Origin: Candidatus Heimdallarchaeota archaeon
GTDB lineage: Archaea > Asgardarchaeota > Heimdallarchaeia > Hodarchaeales > Hodarchaeaceae
Reading direction: 5' to 3'
Assembly: GCA_011364965.1 (NCBI GenBank)
Contig: RDOB01000003.1
Span: 567,822-631,821 of the forward strand
Length of the DNA: 64,000 nucleotides
Every line of letters starts with the position of its first letter. The first letter of the stretch is position 1. Shown piece by piece: positions 60,767 through 64,000 of the stretch. Made by a program: the position numbers and the translations under genes. Under the pieces are notes generated by a model. The model saw only the letters and a list, made by a program, of their open reading frames with translations, did no database searches and had not been told where the DNA came from.

Positions 60767-61044
60767 ATACTATTTCACACTTCTATATATCAAACAATGA
60801 CTATATCATACTTCGACTTATTTATACTTTTTCATCTCTCAATAACCCAATCTTCAATCAATACCTGTTCACACAAAAAGGGATTTTATCTACAAGAGAT
60901 AGAGTATGTCTTGTCTTGCATGGACTAACATGAATTAAGATAAACAAAACGATTTATTGACAATAAAGAATATGCAAGATTCTTCAAATCTTTAAAAGAC
61001 AGTTCTTAACATATGCTATTTGGTTGTGCGAAAGTTTGACATTA

Positions 61045-61073
61045 CACGTTGGTTATCCGACATAAAGACAACA
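61045..61073 (+). repeat. Cassette-boundary site, type C
   Basis: CACGTTGGTTA-TCCGACA-TAAAGACAACA. Confidence 0.7.
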
Positions 61074-61251
61074 GAGAGCGAAGAGAGGGCAAGGGGAAAC
61101 AGGAAAAAAAATCTAGAAGCATAAATGTTAGAAATTCACGAAAACCAGTACATAAAGGAGCACTCCAATAACTCAGCGACCTCCCATCCCCCCACCAGAT
61201 GCAAAACGAGCGGAGACCCTCAAGAGGAACGGAAAAGAATAAAATCAACCA

Positions 61252-61458
61252 TTAAGCAGTGACTACTTGGTACTAGTGGCAACGCATATCATTGAGATCA
61301 TTCATTTTAGCAACCAATCCCTCCCGCTCAAGATAACGTAAGGTTTCCTGGACAATACTATGACAATAGGGGCGCCTAGTAGATATCTTAGTGATACACA
61401 TCTGGGTACCACGTAATAAGATTTGATAAACAGGACAGGCAGAAGGAGGAAAAGGCAA
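61252..61458 (-). pseudogene. Small MarR/TrmB-like wHTH gene with a nonsense mutation (copy B, most complete)
   Basis: PPSA..VYQIL...VQETLRYLEREGLV...DLNDMRCH*YQVVTA; the TAG at 61273 is TAC in copies C and D. Confidence 0.78.
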
Positions 61459-61726
61459 AACCCTCCTGCAATTGGATGAATCTTCACGAACAGCATTTAA
61501 TTCGTTAATTTAGTCAAAAAAGGTACATCATACCCCAACTCAATTTCCTTAAGAAGTCGATTTAGCGCTTGATTCATCATTTTAAGGTCTAGAGTAGAAT
61601 AGGAACCAGAAAAAAAATCCCAATATATTTGATTATCCAGAATCAAAAATGAAAAGGCTTAATATAAAAGAAAAATTTCTATTTAAACAGAATAAGCACT
61701 CTGAGAAGTCGATTGAAGGTTCAAAA

Positions 61727-61966
61727 ATGCCTTTAGAATGGAAAGAACAAATATCTTCAAACATCAATATTTGTCATGGGAAGGTTTGTATCAAAGGGAC
61801 CCGAGTCATGGTTTCTGTTATTCTTGATTGCGTAGCAGAAGGAATGGGGGAAGAAGAAATACTCAAAGAGTATCCATCACTCAAGAAAGGGGATGTGAAT
61901 ATCGCGCTAATGTATGGAGCTTCTTTAGCCAGAGGAGAAATCATTCCCTTAACAATGGAAAGTTGA
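61727..61966 (+). CDS. DUF433 antitoxin
   Basis: ICHGKVCIKGTRV...EEILKEYPSL; ATG 61727 follows GAAGGT. Confidence 0.9.
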   Translation: MPLEWKEQISSNINICHGKVCIKGTRVMVSVILDCVAEGMGEEEILKEYPSLKKGDVNIALMYGASLARGEIIPLTMES

Positions 61967-61975
61967 GGGGTATCA

Positions 61976-62341
61976 ATGAAGTTCAAAATAGATGAGACTT
62001 CTCCGTTCTCAGTCAAAACACTTTTAGAGTCAACGGGAAATCATGAAGTTGACAGTTTATATCACGAAGGGAAAATAGGTATTGAAGATAAAGATTTACT
62101 TCAGTCATGTTTAAAAGAAGAACGAATTCTAATCACTTTAGACAATGACTTTAGTAATGACATTCTACATCCAAGAGGAACGGTCTACGGAATAATTCTA
62201 TTAAGACCAGAAACTCAGGGGAAAAGAGCTTTTTTAGACTTGTTTGAGGAGTTTCTAAATAAATTTAAACTTGAGGATGTTGTAAATAAAGTAGTGATTG
62301 TAGAAGCTCATCAAATTATGGTACGATGGGACTGCATCTGA
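61976..62341 (+). CDS. DUF5615 PIN-like toxin
   Basis: MKFKIDE, ED, RILITLDNDF, GIILLR. Confidence 0.88.
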   Translation: MKFKIDETSPFSVKTLLESTGNHEVDSLYHEGKIGIEDKDLLQSCLKEERILITLDNDFSNDILHPRGTVYGIILLRPETQGKRAFLDLFEEFLNKFKLEDVVNKVVIVEAHQIMVRWDCI

Positions 62342-62361
62342 GTTAGATAATTAATCAGGTA

Positions 62362-62630
62362 TTAGAGAGTAAGGGGAGACAGGGAAAAAGATCTAGATGC
62401 ACAAATGCTAGAAATTCAGGAAAAACAATCTATAATGGAACTACCCAATAATCCAGCCACTTCCCACCCTCTAGCACAGACAAAACGAGCGGAGACACTC
62501 AAGAGGAATGGAGAAGAAAAAATCAATACATTAAGCAGTAACGACCTGGTAGTAGTGGCGAAGCATATCATTGAGATCATTGGATTTTCCACTAAGCCCT
62601 CGCGCTCAAGAAAACGTAAAGCTTCCTGGG
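62362..62630 (-). repeat. wHTH-element copy C (3' half of the gene + trailer)
   Basis: Collinear with about 61075-61351; QEALRFLEREGLV, frameshift, then NDLNDMLRHYYQVVTA*. Confidence 0.85.
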
Positions 62631-62646
62631 TAAATTATCAGCCATT

Positions 62647-63066
62647 CTACCAGAGAACTTCTATTTCCTTGCTTTTAATTATCTCTTCATCTTTTGTAAT
62701 TAAGTTAACCACTCCTTCCTGGAGACATGTTGAAACAATCATACGATCATGTAGTCCCTTTATATTACTATCCAAAAAGTGTTTCCATCCATCTTTTGTT
62801 AAATCAACAATACTGAAAATTGGACTTTGGTAGATTACATCCAAGATATAATTAACTTTTTCTCTAGGAATTAGTATCCCAAAGATATTTCTTTCTTTTA
62901 GAATTGTATATATTGACTCTCCGATAACAATAGAAGGAACGATCATTCTAGCTTCATTAGATTCTGCCTTACTGAAAATTAAATCTCCATCTTTTCCTAA
63001 TTTATTTACAAAATAAGATAATAAAGCAACTGAATCAACACCATAAATTTCGTCATCAATCGTCAT
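62647..63066 (-). CDS. vapC: PIN-domain VapC toxin
   Basis: VDS, PSIVIGE, LHDRMI, ITKD; likely start at 63066. Confidence 0.88.
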   Translation of the reverse strand: MTIDDEIYGVDSVALLSYFVNKLGKDGDLIFSKAESNEARMIVPSIVIGESIYTILKERNIFGILIPREKVNYILDVIYQSPIFSIVDLTKDGWKHFLDSNIKGLHDRMIVSTCLQEGVVNLITKDEEIIKSKEIEVLW

Positions 63067-63301
63067 CAAGAGACCATTCCTTTCTAATACTTGTAATTTC
63101 TTTTTGTATTTCATCTGGTGTTACTTCAGCCTTTAATATACCCCGTAAACTTCTAACGTTCTCTACTACTGGTTTTATAAGAACTCCGTCTTCAGACTTA
63201 ACAAAGAATACCTTTTTTCCAGGTTTTAAATTCAATTCATCCCGTAATTTTCTCGGTATAGTTATTTGACCTTTTTTTGTAATGATGCTTTCGTCTGACA
63301 A
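63056..63301 (-). CDS. AbrB/MazE-type antitoxin
   Basis: ITKKGQITIPRKLRDELNL; TTG 63301 follows AGGTGG. Confidence 0.9.
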   Translation of the reverse strand: MSDESIITKKGQITIPRKLRDELNLKPGKKVFFVKSEDGVLIKPVVENVRSLRGILKAEVTPDEIQKEITSIRKEWSLDDD

Positions 63302-63427
63302 AAAATCCACCTGTATGAATAAAAGTATTACATATATAAAAAATTTTTGATAATAGGTCTTTTCTTCCAACGAACAACTGGTAGGGAACCTGTTGTATAT
63401 ACTCTATATAACCCAGTACAATACACA

Positions 63428-63568
63428 AATCATTACTAAGATACAGATCAGTTTGACCAAAAAGAAGGAGTAAGTGATTTTGATGCTCAAGATCCTCGGG
63501 AGATAACCCTGATAACTCAAACAACTAGCGGGAAATTTAAATTGAGATTTCTTCGGTCATGATACTCT
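63428..63568 (-). pseudogene. Internally deleted copy of the UPF0175/PIN TA pair
   Basis: Matches about 58520-58629 joined directly to about 57918-57946. Confidence 0.85.
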
Positions 63569-63660
63569 ACTTGACAGCAATGTTGGATGATTTTCATAAG
63601 CATTATCCAGTACATTAAGTTTCTTATTTCTTTTCTTTTTGAAGAGGATCCTTATACAGA

Positions 63661-63840
63661 ACCAATTACTCTGCGACCTCCCCTCCCCCCAGCAGATGCA
63701 AAACGAGTGGAGGTACTCGAACTGAACAGAAAAGAGAAAAAATAACCATTAAGCAGTGACGACCTGATAGTAGTGGCGAGGCATATCATAAAGATCATTG
63801 GACTTCTCCGCAAATCCCTCGCGCTCAAGAAAACGAAAGT
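63661..63840 (-). repeat. wHTH-element copy D
   Basis: FRFLEREGFAEKSNDLYDMPRHYYQVVTA* plus a trailer collinear with about 61165-61340. Confidence 0.85.
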
Positions 63841-64000
63841 AGTGAATTTTCTTAAGAAAAAAAAATTCAAATAGAAAATTATAGGAAGTCATCTGAGGAA
63901 ATTTTGGTTGAATTTTAGCTCTTTATCTTGAATTAAGATGAAAGAAATTCAACTAAGAAAACTGTAAGTTTAGATAGAAAATCTTGAGGTCCAGCAGGGG

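Noticed and set aside
30855-61073. 29-bp repeats as a CRISPR array
   Set aside because: Copies are 0.8-7 kb apart with whole genes between them, and no cas genes are present.
30855-61073. Canonical integron attC sites
   Set aside because: The core is GTTGGT/GTTGGC rather than GTTRRRY, most copies lack a paired upstream RYYYAAC box, and no intact IntI is in the window. Kept only as an analogy.
10174-61275. Stop-codon recoding (pyrrolysine or TAG reassignment) to explain in-frame stops at 10174, 17980, 31247, 38578 and 61273
   Set aside because: Many intact genes end in TAG, several of the affected genes also carry frameshifts, and the 61273 TAG is TAC in sister copies. Ordinary decay explains them.
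62405-62833. + strand 142-aa ORF, and similar ORFs 61042..61248, 49105..49320 and 63652..63870
   Set aside because: They are alternative-frame or antisense read-outs of the repeated wHTH element and vapC.
63345-63375. Reverse-strand TTCGTTGGAAG as a boundary site
   Set aside because: Only the 8-bp core matches; spacer and right arm do not.

Overview
AT-rich archaeal DNA that reads like an Asgard archaeon, probably Heimdallarchaeia. The basis is Rab-, Arf- and Rag-like small GTPases, longin/DENN domains, an archaeal histone fold, Kelch/LRR proteins, TPGW-TM-basic C-terminal anchors and GGAGG/GAGGTG ribosome-binding sites. No rRNA, tRNA or CRISPR array was recognised. Two candidate systems stand out. 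(1) A four-gene operon at 2-4528 joins a two-component system to eukaryote-like GTPase signalling: a receiver domain fused to a longin/uDENN domain with a folliculin/SMCR8-like RGxxR motif, a longin-Rag-like GTPase-V4R/Bet3-like fusion, a PAS histidine kinase and a Rab-like GTPase. (2) A roughly 30 kb array (30.8-61 kb) is divided by 13 same-orientation intergenic copies of a 29-bp site with core CGTTGG(T). Several copies bracket single toxin-antitoxin operons or single accessory genes, as in integron or pdif cassettes, but without canonical attC structure. Nearby are a truncated integrase, four decayed copies of a small wHTH gene and duplicated decayed TA modules. Also notable are a histone with a 34-aa insertion in helix 2, a linalool dehydratase/isomerase homologue paired with an ECF S-component, a CWH43-like pseudogene and a decayed Arf gene in front of a DENN gene. 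All family calls come from motif recognition by eye; no database searches were run.
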